NCBI GenBank assembly: GCA_963799845.1
Contig: CAWCYI010000006.1
Span: 1 to 64,000 of the forward strand
Length of the DNA: 64,000 nucleotides
Direction of reading: 5' to 3'
Source of the DNA: an uncultured Nitrososphaerota archaeon
GTDB taxonomy: Archaea; Thermoproteota; Nitrososphaeria; Nitrososphaerales; CADDZS01
Part shown: positions 40,300 through 51,152 of the stretch, one piece after another
How the letters are laid out: each line of letters opens with the position of its first letter
Position numbering within the stretch: position 1 is the stretch's first letter
Translations under genes and position numbers: made by a program
Notes under the pieces: model-generated
Databases searched by the model: none
What the model was told of the DNA's origin: nothing
The model's input: the letters and a program-made list of their open reading frames with translations, nothing else

Positions 40300-41761
40300 G
40301 GCGGAAGAATTTCGTGCAGGAATGAAGTCGCCGTCGTGCTGGCGAACTGGATGAATGGGTATGGATAGATTCCCACAAACACGATTATCACTGAAGCTAC
40401 GATCAGCGCGAACTTGAAACTGTTTGACTCAAACAGCTTACCCAAGCTGGGGGATCATCGACATACATGTGTTTGACGATCCTTACGTAGAACGCTATCG
40501 ACACGAAACTGTTGATGATCGCAATGATTGCGAGCCAACCGAGATTTGCGTTGATTGCGGAATAAAATATCACTAGCTTGCTCCAAAAACCGTTGAGGGG
40601 CGGAAACCCGCCCAGCGCGAGGAGAGAAAGGGTAAGCGCCAGGGGAGCGACAGTCATTCTTTTTCCGACTCCGTCGAAGGCATCAAGGTCATCAGATCCC
40701 AGCGCCCTGATTATCACCGCAGCGGCGAGGAATGCGCCCGACTGCATAATCGCGTAATTCAGGATGTGGAAAAACGATCCTGTAAGACCAGCTGCACCGC
40801 CGGCGGCAAAACCGACGAGGATGTATCCGGCCTGTCCGATGCTGGAATACGCGAGAATTCTCGTGATGCTTCTCGAGGTCAACGCGGCAAAGTTCCCCAG
40901 AGTCATCGAGAGAACCGCCAACACGGCGAAGGTCAGGCTCCAGTCGACTTGAAACATGTGAGCGGCAAACAGGATGAAAAATATCCTTGCGACTGGGGCG
41001 AACGTAGCAACCTTCGTCCCGGCAGACAGGAGCGAACTAACGATTGTTGGAGCTCCCTGATAGGCATCAGGTATCCACATGTGGAACGGTACTGCGGCGA
41101 GCTTTATTCCAAATCCGGCGAGAACAAAAGTCAGAGCGAGGATTGCTACTGGCTGGACGTTCGTTGCATTTTGAATGACGGTATAGATGCTTGTCGTACC
41201 TGTCACCAAGTATACCAACGAGATCCCGTACAGCAGAACGGCAGAAGAAAAGGCGCTGATGATGAAATATTTCACTGAAGCTTCGTTGGAATTCGGATCT
41301 TTCTTACGGAATCCCGTCAGGACATAACTTGGGATGCTCATTAGCTCCCATGCGATGAACACCATGATCAGGTCTGTCGCAAACGTGAGCAAAACAGCAC
41401 CGATGGTTGTGAAAATCAGCAGAGAGTAAAATGAGGTGACGTTTGGCGAGTCCTTCATGTAGTCAAGCGCGACCAGCCCCACAAGCAAAGACGCGGAAAG
41501 AACGGCGACTCCGAATAGAAGAGAAACCCAATCAGTTGCAAGTATAGTTCCTGGGCCCGGGACGGAGACAGGCTCGAAGTATCCGAGACCTTCGGCGAGT
41601 AATAAGCCGATTCCGATTGCGAATCCTGCAGCCGTGATTACGGCGGCAGTCTTCGCGTATTTGCTTCCCGCAACGGCCAGCAGGACAGTAAACAGAGCTA
41701 TTGCCGAAAGCATCAACGAGAGGTACAGTGGAAATGTCTGGGAGGAAATGTCAATTATCAA
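40296..41761 (-). CDS. nuoN: NADH-quinone oxidoreductase subunit N (frameshift in a G-run at about 40449-40453)
   Basis: EASVKYF, KLAAVPFHMWIPDAYQGAP, RILAYSSI; the last TM helix (FALIVASVIIVFVGIYP) lies in another frame ending at 40296. Confidence 0.9.
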
Positions 41762-41767
41762 AACTTG

Positions 41768-43861
41768 TCAAACCTGGCCGAATATTACAAGCAGTATTAC
41801 TATCAGCGCGATTCCAATCCCGAATCCGAGAACGTACTCTTCCTCGATTCCAGTTTCTAGATCGCGGAAGGCGTCAGAAACGCTAGCGCCGATGTCAACC
41901 GCGCCGATGTTTATGGGCTCTATGATTTTCTGTTCAAAGTTTTTGAATAGCCACACGCTTCCGTTCATCACCGGGTAGACGAATACTTTGTAGTAAATCG
42001 CGTTGAGGTACCACCTGTGCTGGAAGAACGTGTAGAACGAATAGACAAAACCCTTCTCTCCGACTATCTTTACTGGACTGATGCTCCGTCTGAAGTAGGC
42101 AACGTATCCAACCGCAACTCCCAGAACCGAGACGCCCAACCCAATAAGGAGTGGAATGATGTCTGCGAGATAGTTCGCTGAATAGGGAGAAGATAATCCG
42201 AACTGTGAAAGGTAGTTTGAAAACAAGCTTCCGATCTCGCCCTGCAAGTAAAATGGAGCGAGGAGTCCAACTATGACCGTTGCTCCCGCCAGTATGATGT
42301 ATGGAACCATCATTGAATATGGAGCCTCGTGGATTCCATGCTCGGGGTGCTCGGTTTCAATTTTCTGAATGTTTGGGCTCTTTTCACCATAGAAGATCAA
42401 GCCGATAATTCGCATACTGTAAAACGCGGTCATTAGGGCGGTAACTAAACCCAAAATCCAGAGACCAATCCCCACCCCTCCCGCCTGCTCGGCCGCGCCA
42501 AGGACCGCTTCCTTACTCCAAAAGCCGCTTAGGGGGAAGATGCCTGCAAGCGATAGTGCTACGATAAACATTGAAACGAAGGTAATCCGGAGATTTTTCC
42601 TCAGCCCTCCCATGTCCTTCATGAATCTCGATTCTGTTACATGTATCAACCACCCAGCACACATGAAGAGCCCGGCCTTGAACATTGCCTGACTGATGAG
42701 ATGGAAAAACGCGCCCGTGAAGCCGAAAACAAAATTTGTCTGGGTCGAGATACCAGCTACACCCAGTCCGAGCATCATGTAGCCGATTTGCGAAACCGTC
42801 GAGTATGCGAGGACTTTTTTCAGCTCATCCAGAACCATTGCCTGGGACGCGGCAAGGAACGCGGTGAAACCTCCAATCACAGCAACCGTCAGGAAAAACG
42901 GGTAAACAAGGGACACGCTCGATGATGCCGCAAAATAGAGCGGACCAACTGTCCCAATCAGAAAAACTCCCGCGTTGACCATCGTCGCCGCATGTATTAA
43001 CGCAGAAACTGAGGTGGGGCCAGCCATCGCGTCGGGTAGCCATTCGTGAAGCGGGAATTGAGCGGATTTGCCGATGGCTCCTCCAAAAATCAAAATCGCG
43101 CTGGGGATGAATAACCCCGATGACTGCAAATCTGCTGCCCAGTTGCCGGGAGAGGAAAGCATGTTGTAGAGTTGCTCAAAGTTGAAAGTCCTTGCGTAAA
43201 CAAAGATGAGCAGAATCCCGATTAGAAAGGCGATATCTCCAGCTCTCGTCATGATGAACGCTTTAAACCCAGCCTGAGTCGGTGAGTACGCCTCGGGAAC
43301 CCCTAGTGTCTTTTCTCCAATAGTTCCCACCCAGTGTTCGAGTTGGTCCTTGCTCCAGAAGCCAATTAGGGCGTAGCTGCAGTAGCCCACGCCTTCCCAT
43401 CCAAGAAAGAGCTGCAGGAAGTTGTCCGACATTATGATGAGCAGCATGTTCCCGATGAAAAAGTTCATGAGAAAATAGTAGCGGGTTAGATTCTGCTCGC
43501 CTTTCATGTACCCGATGCTGTATACTATGATGAGAAAGCTGATCCATGAAATCGCGCTCGCAAGAATTGCTGTGAGTGGATCAACGAGAACTCCCGCCGA
43601 CAGTGAAAGTCCTGGAATCCATGTAGCATTATGTCCCCCGATTGTCGTAATGTCGAGAATCTTCCCGGTAAGAGTGTAAGGCGTGTAGTCGCCAAGAATC
43701 AGGAGAGAGGTAGAGAGCAGTGAAGTGATAAAGGCGATTGCGACCGCGACCCCGTTTCTGAACCTACCTCCGCCAGCCGCCGCGAGTACGCTCAGGCCTC
43801 CTCCGGCAATCGGCACTATCCAGATGAGGTTTGGAATTAGGTCGAAGTACCAGCTCGTCAT
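41768..43861 (-). CDS. nuoL: NADH-quinone oxidoreductase subunit L
   Basis: GWEGVG, KSAQFPLHEWLPDAMAGPTSVSALIHAATMV, KKVLAYSTVSQ. Confidence 0.95.
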   Translation of the reverse strand: MTSWYFDLIPNLIWIVPIAGGGLSVLAAAGGGRFRNGVAVAIAFITSLLSTSLLILGDYTPYTLTGKILDITTIGGHNATWIPGLSLSAGVLVDPLTAILASAISWISFLIIVYSIGYMKGEQNLTRYYFLMNFFIGNMLLIIMSDNFLQLFLGWEGVGYCSYALIGFWSKDQLEHWVGTIGEKTLGVPEAYSPTQAGFKAFIMTRAGDIAFLIGILLIFVYARTFNFEQLYNMLSSPGNWAADLQSSGLFIPSAILIFGGAIGKSAQFPLHEWLPDAMAGPTSVSALIHAATMVNAGVFLIGTVGPLYFAASSSVSLVYPFFLTVAVIGGFTAFLAASQAMVLDELKKVLAYSTVSQIGYMMLGLGVAGISTQTNFVFGFTGAFFHLISQAMFKAGLFMCAGWLIHVTESRFMKDMGGLRKNLRITFVSMFIVALSLAGIFPLSGFWSKEAVLGAAEQAGGVGIGLWILGLVTALMTAFYSMRIIGLIFYGEKSPNIQKIETEHPEHGIHEAPYSMMVPYIILAGATVIVGLLAPFYLQGEIGSLFSNYLSQFGLSSPYSANYLADIIPLLIGLGVSVLGVAVGYVAYFRRSISPVKIVGEKGFVYSFYTFFQHRWYLNAIYYKVFVYPVMNGSVWLFKNFEQKIIEPINIGAVDIGASVSDAFRDLETGIEEEYVLGFGIGIALIVILLVIFGQV

Positions 43862-43870
43862 TTTCTAAGA

Positions 43871-45454
43871 TTACCTCAGTGATAAGAGATGAGTTATGGT
43901 CGCGAAGAGCGGGTTGTCGACTATTCCTGGAACGACGCCCAGTAGTACTGTAATGGCAGCGAGGAAGATTATCGGACCCAGCATGTACGCCGATCCTTCC
44001 TTGACTGCTGAGAGATGTTCCGGCAGTTGCCCGAAGAACACGCGCTTCATCGTCCACAGCGCGTAGCCAGCCGTGATTATCGTTGAAATGACTGCAAGAA
44101 TTGAAAGCAGTAACCACAAATTGCCGACCATGCCGGCCTGACTGCCGAGCTGCAAGCCCCCTCCAAAGATCAGCCACTCGCTCTGGAAACCGTTGGTCTC
44201 GGGGAATCCCAAGAGGCCGAGAAACCCTATCGTCGCACAAACTGCTGTAATTGGAAGTTTCGAGGATAATCCTCCCATTCCCTTGATGCTCCTCAGTCCT
44301 CCAGCCTGGACGATAATCAATCCCGCGACCATGAAAAGAACCGACTTTGCTGTTCCATGGCTCACGAACTGGAATATCGAACCCGCGACGCCTAACTGGG
44401 TCGCTGTCGATAGGCCGAAGATAATGTACCCCATCTGGCTGATGCTCGAGTAAGCGAACAGTCTCTTGATATCGTCCTGGGCCAGCGCCATGATACCCCC
44501 GTAAAACATCGTGATGACGCCCCAGACCGCAAGCCCTAATCCGATTTCGACGTATGCGTTCGGTAGAAGAAGAGTAAACATTCGGATCAGTATGTATGCG
44601 CCGATTCCGATCATCGCCGGAGATAGCAGGGCACTGATTGGCGTCGGAGCTTCCGCGTGTGCGTACGGCAACCAGACGTGCAGACCAAACGCGGCGAGTT
44701 TAATGAACAGCCCGACGACGAGCCCGAAAAGAATCCATGGGATCAGTCCTGCGGCGATATTTACGACGGTCATAGCGTCAGGTCCCAAGAAGACAAAGTT
44801 GCCGGTCTGGCTTCCAATCGCGAGGAAAGCGAGCAACATCAAGAGCGCACCGATGTGAGTCCATAGCAGATACATGAGAGAGATACGCCCGCGAGAGCCG
44901 TATCCGAATTCCGCAATCAGGAAATATGACGGAACGAGCATGAATTCAAAAAAGAAGTAGAGCTCGATCAGATTCGTAGAAAGGACCGTTCCGACCATGC
45001 CCGCGGCGTAAAGCGAGTAGAGTCCAAAGTACAAGCCGAAGCGCTGGTTTGTCCTCGCAGTTTCTTTCGGTTCTGCATCGGGAGTTTCGGCATCGTGAGT
45101 GATGCCTTCCTGCTCAAAGATGCGGTGTTTCATGTACGGGACCGAATAGAGAGCGACCGCGGTCGAAATGATGTATATCGTGATGGAGAAAGGGATGCTT
45201 ACTCCATCAAGGTATAGTCCAAAATGGCCGAGGCTCGATAGTACACCTGATCCGTTCAGACTTTGAGGAAAGAAGCTATAGAACTCGTCCGTGGGGTTTG
45301 TCTGCGCCGAAAGAATTAGAGCGATAGTGGAATACAGCAGAATCGCAAAAACGAACCAGGCAGCCTTGCTCCCGAATTTTTTGCCGAGGTAATAGGCGAG
45401 CGGAGACGCAATAATTGGAATTAAAATCGCTTGTAGTAGTAGCGCATAAGCCAA
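43871..45454 (-). CDS. nuoM: NADH-quinone oxidoreductase subunit M
   Basis: HVWLPYAHAEAPTP.S, DIKRLFAYSSISQMG. Confidence 0.95.
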   Translation of the reverse strand: MAYALLLQAILIPIIASPLAYYLGKKFGSKAAWFVFAILLYSTIALILSAQTNPTDEFYSFFPQSLNGSGVLSSLGHFGLYLDGVSIPFSITIYIISTAVALYSVPYMKHRIFEQEGITHDAETPDAEPKETARTNQRFGLYFGLYSLYAAGMVGTVLSTNLIELYFFFEFMLVPSYFLIAEFGYGSRGRISLMYLLWTHIGALLMLLAFLAIGSQTGNFVFLGPDAMTVVNIAAGLIPWILFGLVVGLFIKLAAFGLHVWLPYAHAEAPTPISALLSPAMIGIGAYILIRMFTLLLPNAYVEIGLGLAVWGVITMFYGGIMALAQDDIKRLFAYSSISQMGYIIFGLSTATQLGVAGSIFQFVSHGTAKSVLFMVAGLIIVQAGGLRSIKGMGGLSSKLPITAVCATIGFLGLLGFPETNGFQSEWLIFGGGLQLGSQAGMVGNLWLLLSILAVISTIITAGYALWTMKRVFFGQLPEHLSAVKEGSAYMLGPIIFLAAITVLLGVVPGIVDNPLFATITHLLSLR

Positions 45455-45485
45455 AGCTAATCTGTTTCCTCTTTACAAAAAATCG

Positions 45486-45797
45486 TTAATGCTTGAGCTT
45501 TCTCAGCTTGAACACGTCAATTTCCTTGTTCAAGCGAAACGTCACCATGATAATACCGAGTCCTACCGCTGCCTCTGCAGCAGCAACTGCGATCGAAAAC
45601 AAAGCAAATGTCTGTCCCTCGAGATTTGCGGCTGGAGCTGCGTATCGAGAGAATGCAACCAGGTTCAGATTGGCGGAATTTATCACGATTTCAATAGCGA
45701 AAAAAAGACGCAGAGCGTTTCCTTTCGATACGAGGCCGTAGATCCCAATTCCGAACAAAATTATTGAGACGATTACGTAGTCAAGCAGTGGAATCAT
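45486..45797 (-). CDS. nuoK: NADH-quinone oxidoreductase subunit K
   Basis: LFGIGIYG, EIVINSANLNLV, VAAAEAAVGL. Confidence 0.95.
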   Translation of the reverse strand: MIPLLDYVIVSIILFGIGIYGLVSKGNALRLFFAIEIVINSANLNLVAFSRYAAPAANLEGQTFALFSIAVAAAEAAVGLGIIMVTFRLNKEIDVFKLRKLKH

Positions 45798-45803
45798 ATT
45801 CGG

Positions 45804-46307
45804 TTACTCCTTTTCCACCTTCGCAAGAGTCAACGCTCCCACGACAGATGCACCCAGAATGAGCGCCAGTATTTCGAGCGGGACGGCGTATTGATTCGTT
45901 ATCAGTGTACCGATCCCTGCCACGATGTAAGATTCGGTGAAACCCGTTGACGGATACCATGTCGAGAGATTTGAATACAAAGCCACCGCGCCCACGAGAA
46001 CCGCAATCACGATCGCGATAATGATAGCCATCGGCTTTACAACCTCCTTTTCTGGGTTTTCTTCAACGCCCCTCGTCACGAGCATGACTGTGAACAAAAT
46101 AAGGACAGCTATGGCTCCGATGTAGACGATTATCTGAAACAGTGCCACGAAAGTTGCATCCAGGACGATGAACAGTCCGGCTATTCCAAGGAATGAAAAC
46201 GCGAGGGCGATCACGCCGTAGACGACCTGCTTTGCCTCCAGCGAAATTATGGCGGAAACGATCGTTAGGGCAGAAATAACTACGAATGCAATATCCTCTT
46301 CAATCAT
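45804..46307 (-). CDS. nuoJ: NADH-quinone oxidoreductase subunit J
   Basis: QIIVYIGAIAVLILFTVML. Confidence 0.93.
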   Translation of the reverse strand: MIEEDIAFVVISALTIVSAIISLEAKQVVYGVIALAFSFLGIAGLFIVLDATFVALFQIIVYIGAIAVLILFTVMLVTRGVEENPEKEVVKPMAIIIAIVIAVLVGAVALYSNLSTWYPSTGFTESYIVAGIGTLITNQYAVPLEILALILGASVVGALTLAKVEKE

Positions 46308-46806
46308 GAAATGCTTCCCCGTTCTCTATCTTGAATTCAACTTTTTGGCGTGTCACATTCGGAGGAATTGCTAGCCTCTCAGGTGAATATACCAAGGCTT
46401 TCTTCGTAGTGGACACGAGGTTAAAGTCCTCAGTCATGCCTAGTGCGTAAAACGGACAGGCATCGACACAGAGTCCGCAGAACACACATTTCGCATAATC
46501 AACTTGGGGGAAGATCGACTTTTTGTTGTTCGGCTGCGCTCGACCCACCTTGACCATCTCGATTGCCTGGGAGATGTTTTCGCACGCAATGGAGCAGAGC
46601 TGACAACCCGTGCATTTGTCCAGCCAGAGGATGTGCCTTCCCTTGTAGCCTGCTTTCGCAACCCCGAGCTTTGGATCGTATGTGTAGTACCCCTTCATTT
46701 GGGTCTGGACGTCGGGGTAGAGCATCGTCATTCTTTTCTTGGGGAGCTGCTTGACTCCGGCGATTAACGCCTTGAAGGTTCCCGAAACAATATTGGTCAT
46801 TTTCAA
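46300..46806 (-). CDS. nuoI: NADH-quinone oxidoreductase subunit I
   Basis: Two 4Fe-4S motifs, CTGCQLCSIAC and CVFCGLCVDACP. Confidence 0.93.
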   Translation of the reverse strand: MKMTNIVSGTFKALIAGVKQLPKKRMTMLYPDVQTQMKGYYTYDPKLGVAKAGYKGRHILWLDKCTGCQLCSIACENISQAIEMVKVGRAQPNNKKSIFPQVDYAKCVFCGLCVDACPFYALGMTEDFNLVSTTKKALVYSPERLAIPPNVTRQKVEFKIENGEAFHD

Positions 46807-46811
46807 CTACC

Positions 46812-48029
46812 CTAGAACAATCCGCTTGCCCTCAACAGAACGGCGATAAATATGTTCACAAAGGCCAGGCCGATCAACCAAAGCCAACCAAATCCGATGA
46901 GCTGGTCCATTCTAATACGAGGACTGAAACCGCGCGGAAGAATGAACACGGTCATAACAATCAGCGTCTTTATCACAAACCAGACCGCACCTGGCACTGG
47001 GCCAGGACCAGCCCAACCGCCCAGAAAGAGGAGAGTGAAAAGTGCTGAGAGCGCGTACAACTTTATGTAAATCGCGAGGTTGATGACTCCGAAGGTCATG
47101 CTCGTATATTCGGTCAGCCAGCCAGCAACCAGCTCGCTGTCAGCTTCCGGTAAATCAAAGGGAATTCTTTCGACCTCGGCCATCGCTGTGATGTAAAACA
47201 CAACCGCTCCGAGTAGCATCGGCACAAGAAACCAGATTTTGCCTTGTGAGCTAACAATAGACGCGAGGTCCAAAGAGCCGTGCGAAAGAATCACTACTCC
47301 CAGTACTGAGAGAATCAGCGGAATTTCATACGAGATCATCTGATAGAGGGCTCTAATTCCACCGATGAATGAGAACTTGTTCGCACTCGCCCAACCGGCG
47401 AGCACGGTAACAACAGGGAAGAAGTTGATGATCGCGATTGCAATCAACAATGAATACGGGGAGGAAGCGATGAAATTGGTCGAAGAAATTGGAATTACGG
47501 CAAGCAAAGCCCCCGACAGCGCCATCATGGAGAACGGCACTGCAAGGAAAAATGGGGCATCGGCTTTTGCTGGGATCACAATTTCCTTGAATAGCAACTT
47601 GAAAAGATCGGCGAACGATTGGAGAACTCCCTCAATTCTTCCGGCGTAGAGAGGACCAATCCTGTACTGCATTTTCGCGAGCAATTTTCTCTCGTACCAG
47701 ATTACCATCGAGGAGAGCAAAGCCGCGAATGTAAGCCCTGGAAATGTGCTGATTTTGAAAAGTACAGAATTAGCACCCAGACCGAGCTGGCTGATGTACG
47801 AATTGGGATCAAGAGGGTTCATCTTAGTTGGGTCAAACATGTACAGCGCAAGGGACCAATTGATGTGCTGACTGCAGGTCAGCATTGCAAAATTGCAACT
47901 AATCTCGACCGGGAGGACGTAAAAGATGTAGAAGACCGGCAAGATAATCATCGGCAGAATGATTAGAAGCCAGAAGACGATGGTCAGAACTCTTTTGACA
48001 AAGTCCTCGAAATTTGTGATAGCCGCCAA
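46812..48029 (-). CDS. nuoH: NADH-quinone oxidoreductase subunit H
   Basis: ERKLLAKMQYRIGP, ADLFKLLFKE, ERIPFDLPEADSELVAG, PRIRMDQL. Confidence 0.95.
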   Translation of the reverse strand: MAAITNFEDFVKRVLTIVFWLLIILPMIILPVFYIFYVLPVEISCNFAMLTCSQHINWSLALYMFDPTKMNPLDPNSYISQLGLGANSVLFKISTFPGLTFAALLSSMVIWYERKLLAKMQYRIGPLYAGRIEGVLQSFADLFKLLFKEIVIPAKADAPFFLAVPFSMMALSGALLAVIPISSTNFIASSPYSLLIAIAIINFFPVVTVLAGWASANKFSFIGGIRALYQMISYEIPLILSVLGVVILSHGSLDLASIVSSQGKIWFLVPMLLGAVVFYITAMAEVERIPFDLPEADSELVAGWLTEYTSMTFGVINLAIYIKLYALSALFTLLFLGGWAGPGPVPGAVWFVIKTLIVMTVFILPRGFSPRIRMDQLIGFGWLWLIGLAFVNIFIAVLLRASGLF

Positions 48030-48038
48030 CTTCTATCT

Positions 48039-49169
48039 CTACCTGTCCGCTTCAACCGGCCAGTAATCCAAGCTCCAGTAAATCGCGGGCATATCCGCGA
48101 CGTGCGAACCAATCAATAATCTCGGGAGTGCTATGAGATTTCTAAAGGATGGAACGCTAATTTTCACCCTGTAGGGCTTCGTCGACCCATCGGATATGAT
48201 GTGAAACGACATCGCTCCCCTCGCCCCCTCGACTCGGGAGTAGGCTTCGCCGACGACTGTTCGCTGCTGCGGAGAGAGTTTCGCCCTAACTGGGCCCTGC
48301 GGCATTTTGTCCAGGCACTGCCGGATGATACGCATGCTCTGGCGCATTTCGACCAGATGAACCATGCAACGAGCCCACGTGTCGCACGTGTCATAAGTAG
48401 GAACTTCAAAATCGACATCCTTGTAGTAATTGTATGGTTCATCTATTCTGACATCTGACTTTACGCCTGATGCTCGAAGGACCTGTCCCACGACTCCGAG
48501 ACTGATTGCCTCGCTCCTCGGCAGAACTCCGACGCCCTGCGTCCTTTTCAGAAAGAGCGGATTCTGGAAGAAGATCCTCTCGTAATCGATGAGGCGCTTT
48601 TCAAAATAATCGAAGACTTTGATCGCTCGGTCTTTGAAATCATCGGGCATGTCGTTTCGAACTCCTCCGGGGATGGCGTATGAGTAAGTGATTCTTGCTC
48701 CCCCGATCATCTGGCCAAGGTCTATGAAGATGTCCCTGTCGCCCATAGGCCACATGAATGAGGTTGAATGCCCTAAGAAAATTCCCTGAATAGCCATCCA
48801 GTACAGATGGCTGATTATCCTCTGGTTCTCCCCCATTATCATCCGGAGATATTTTGCCCTCGGAGGAATTTCGATGCCCATCAGTTCTTCAGCCGCCATC
48901 GAAAAGGGCATTATGATATTCGTGACATCGGTCAGCGACGAGCGCTCTAGCATCGGAATGCTCTGGAGATAAGACCTGTACTCGGTTTGTTTTTCCGCTC
49001 CCCTGTGGACGTATCCGGGATCCGGGACTGCGTCCACGATCTCGTCTCCCTCGACGGTAATTGTAAATCGGAAGTGACCCGCTCCAGGATGCTGGGGGCC
49101 GATACTCACGGTCAGCTTATCATCATCGATAGCCTGGGTCAGCATTCCGGAACCCACGGGAATCGACAC
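48039..49169 (-). CDS. nuoD: NADH-quinone oxidoreductase subunit D
   Basis: IGPQHP, GYVHRGAEK, PGGVR.D, C-terminal EADR. Confidence 0.95.
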   Translation of the reverse strand: MSIPVGSGMLTQAIDDDKLTVSIGPQHPGAGHFRFTITVEGDEIVDAVPDPGYVHRGAEKQTEYRSYLQSIPMLERSSLTDVTNIIMPFSMAAEELMGIEIPPRAKYLRMIMGENQRIISHLYWMAIQGIFLGHSTSFMWPMGDRDIFIDLGQMIGGARITYSYAIPGGVRNDMPDDFKDRAIKVFDYFEKRLIDYERIFFQNPLFLKRTQGVGVLPRSEAISLGVVGQVLRASGVKSDVRIDEPYNYYKDVDFEVPTYDTCDTWARCMVHLVEMRQSMRIIRQCLDKMPQGPVRAKLSPQQRTVVGEAYSRVEGARGAMSFHIISDGSTKPYRVKISVPSFRNLIALPRLLIGSHVADMPAIYWSLDYWPVEADR

Positions 49170-49174
49170 CGGAA

Positions 49175-49681
49175 CTACTCGCTCTCCAGTCGTCCGGGCA
49201 ATCTGTAGGCTTTCAGCATCGGGGGGATGTCATTCCAGTCCTCCGGGAGGAGCAATCGCGTCAAGTTTGGATGCCCCTTGAAGACGCAGCCGAGCATCTC
49301 GGTCGTCTCCCTCTCGTGATAATTTACGCTCGGAAAAATCTCGATCAGCGATGGTAGTTCTGGAGCCGATGTGGAGACGCGACATGCTACGGCGAGAATT
49401 ACTCTTCGGAGGCCGGCGCCGTCGATTGAATTGAAGTGGTATGTGATTTCAAGTTGTTTATCCTTCGGAAAATCCGTCCCGGTAACATTCGCGCATTGGT
49501 CGAAATGAAGTTCATCCCTCACAAATTTGCCGACTTCGACCAGATTATCAGCGGAAACGGAAATCTTGATCCTGTTTGGTTTCGAAAAGGCGACCTTAGC
49601 CTTGTCCCCGAGCTTCGTCAAAGAATCTAGGATTACTTTTTCCTCAGCAGGCAGCTCAACTTTGACGGGCGCAGCAGACAT
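49175..49681 (-). CDS. nuoC: NADH-quinone oxidoreductase subunit C
   Basis: HERET.EMLG..F.GHPNL.RLLLPEDW. Confidence 0.93.
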   Translation of the reverse strand: MSAAPVKVELPAEEKVILDSLTKLGDKAKVAFSKPNRIKISVSADNLVEVGKFVRDELHFDQCANVTGTDFPKDKQLEITYHFNSIDGAGLRRVILAVACRVSTSAPELPSLIEIFPSVNYHERETTEMLGCVFKGHPNLTRLLLPEDWNDIPPMLKAYRLPGRLESE

Positions 49682-49695
49682 GGCTTACTGGATTC

Positions 49696-50241
49696 CTATC
49701 GAATACTCTGCTTTCTTATCTTGTCCTGCAACAGAACAAACGCGTCGATGAGTTCTTCGGGTCTGGGAGGGCATCCCGGCACGTACACGTCAACCGGGAC
49801 AACCTGATCTACGCCCGGAAGAACGTTGTACGAATCAAAATAAACCCCACCAGTTATCGAGCAAGCGCCCATCGCGATGCAGTACTTTGGTTCCGGCATC
49901 TGGTCGTAAATCCAGCGCAGCCGCGGGGCCATCTTGCGCGTTACGGTTCCGTGCACAACCACGAGATCGCACTGTCTCAGTGACCCGAAGGCTTCCAAAA
50001 TTCCATATCTTTCAGCGTCGAAACGAGGACCAGAAACGGCGCCAAATTCAATGCTGCAACAGGCTGTTTCGAGATGAACGGGCCACAGCGAATAAACTCG
50101 GCCCCAGTTTGCAAGGTAGGTGACCGGATCCGTTAGCGCCTGCTGAATTATCTCCTTAGCCTTTCCGACAAGTACGCTCAGTCCAGGGCCATCTCTCGCA
50201 GCTGCAGGCCCCTTCTTGACCTCGACCTGTTCTGCTACCAA
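49696..50241 (-). CDS. nuoB: NADH-quinone oxidoreductase subunit B
   Basis: ACCSIE, QMPEPKY.IAMGAC, DVYVPGCPPRPE; TTG start overlaps the end of nuoA. Confidence 0.95.
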   Translation of the reverse strand: MVAEQVEVKKGPAAARDGPGLSVLVGKAKEIIQQALTDPVTYLANWGRVYSLWPVHLETACCSIEFGAVSGPRFDAERYGILEAFGSLRQCDLVVVHGTVTRKMAPRLRWIYDQMPEPKYCIAMGACSITGGVYFDSYNVLPGVDQVVPVDVYVPGCPPRPEELIDAFVLLQDKIRKQSIR

Positions 50242-50597
50242 AGATCTTTCATCCTCGCTAGAAACAGCCCAAATCCAAGCGGTATAAAGATCACGCCGAG
50301 GAACAGCCCGATAACGAGCGCGGTATCGGTCGATATGAAAGTAATCGTCGTTGTCGCCCACGCAAAAAGGAAAATTGAAACAACGTCCATGACGACGAAA
50401 ATTAGCAAATATGGATAATACTGCATCATCAAGTGAGCTCTCGCATCACCCTTTGGAACCTGGCCAGCTTCGAACGTCGCGCGTTTCATTGGCGTTGGAT
50501 TTCGAGGCGCGAATAGGTACGGGACTAGGATAACCGGTAAAGCAAATACAAGCCCAAATCCTGCAGTTAGCAAGATTAGCGTAAAGGCGCCAGCCAT
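50235..50597 (-). CDS. nuoA: NADH-quinone oxidoreductase subunit A
   Basis: K..TFEAGQ.P.G, QYYPY..IFVV.DV, three TM segments. Confidence 0.9.
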   Translation of the reverse strand: MAGAFTLILLTAGFGLVFALPVILVPYLFAPRNPTPMKRATFEAGQVPKGDARAHLMMQYYPYLLIFVVMDVVSIFLFAWATTTITFISTDTALVIGLFLGVIFIPLGFGLFLARMKDLW

Positions 50598-50725
50598 CTT
50601 GCTTTCGAAGGGTTCAGCTTTTGTGAAGTTTATTTAAACGTTGATTGAGTCGCTAGAAAATTTTTCTGAAAAATTCTTCAGAAGAAAAAAGTTCCTAGAA
50701 AAAAGAAAATGAAAGGAAAGAGAGA

Positions 50726-51136
50726 CTAAGCTCTTCTTCCTCTTCTACCGCCGGCACGTCGCGTGGTATCATGTGGAATGGGCGTGACATCTTCGATCCT
50801 TCCCACTTTGAACCCGCTGCGCGCGATTGCCCTGATCGCTGCCTGAGCTCCAGGTCCCGGAGTCCTGGGACCAGTTCCACCAACCGCCCTTACTTTGATA
50901 TGGACGGATGTAATGCCTTTTGTCCTTGCAACTTCCGCAGCCGCTGATGCGCTCTTCATTGCTGCATATGGAGACGATTCGAAACGATCTGCCTTCACAT
51001 GACGCCCCCCGGAGCTGAACGAAATCGTCTCCGCGCCAGTAAGGTCGGTCATGTGAACGATCGTGTTATTGTAGCTGCTGTAAATGTGGACTACCGCCCA
51101 CCTTTCTTGTGCTTGCTGTGGCTGTGCTGATTCCAT
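50726..51136 (-). CDS. rps11: 30S ribosomal protein S11
   Basis: [33 protein letters not shown]. Confidence 0.97.
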   Translation of the reverse strand: MESAQPQQAQERWAVVHIYSSYNNTIVHMTDLTGAETISFSSGGRHVKADRFESSPYAAMKSASAAAEVARTKGITSVHIKVRAVGGTGPRTPGPGAQAAIRAIARSGFKVGRIEDVTPIPHDTTRRAGGRRGRRA

Positions 51137-51152
51137 CTCTAATTACACCAAA

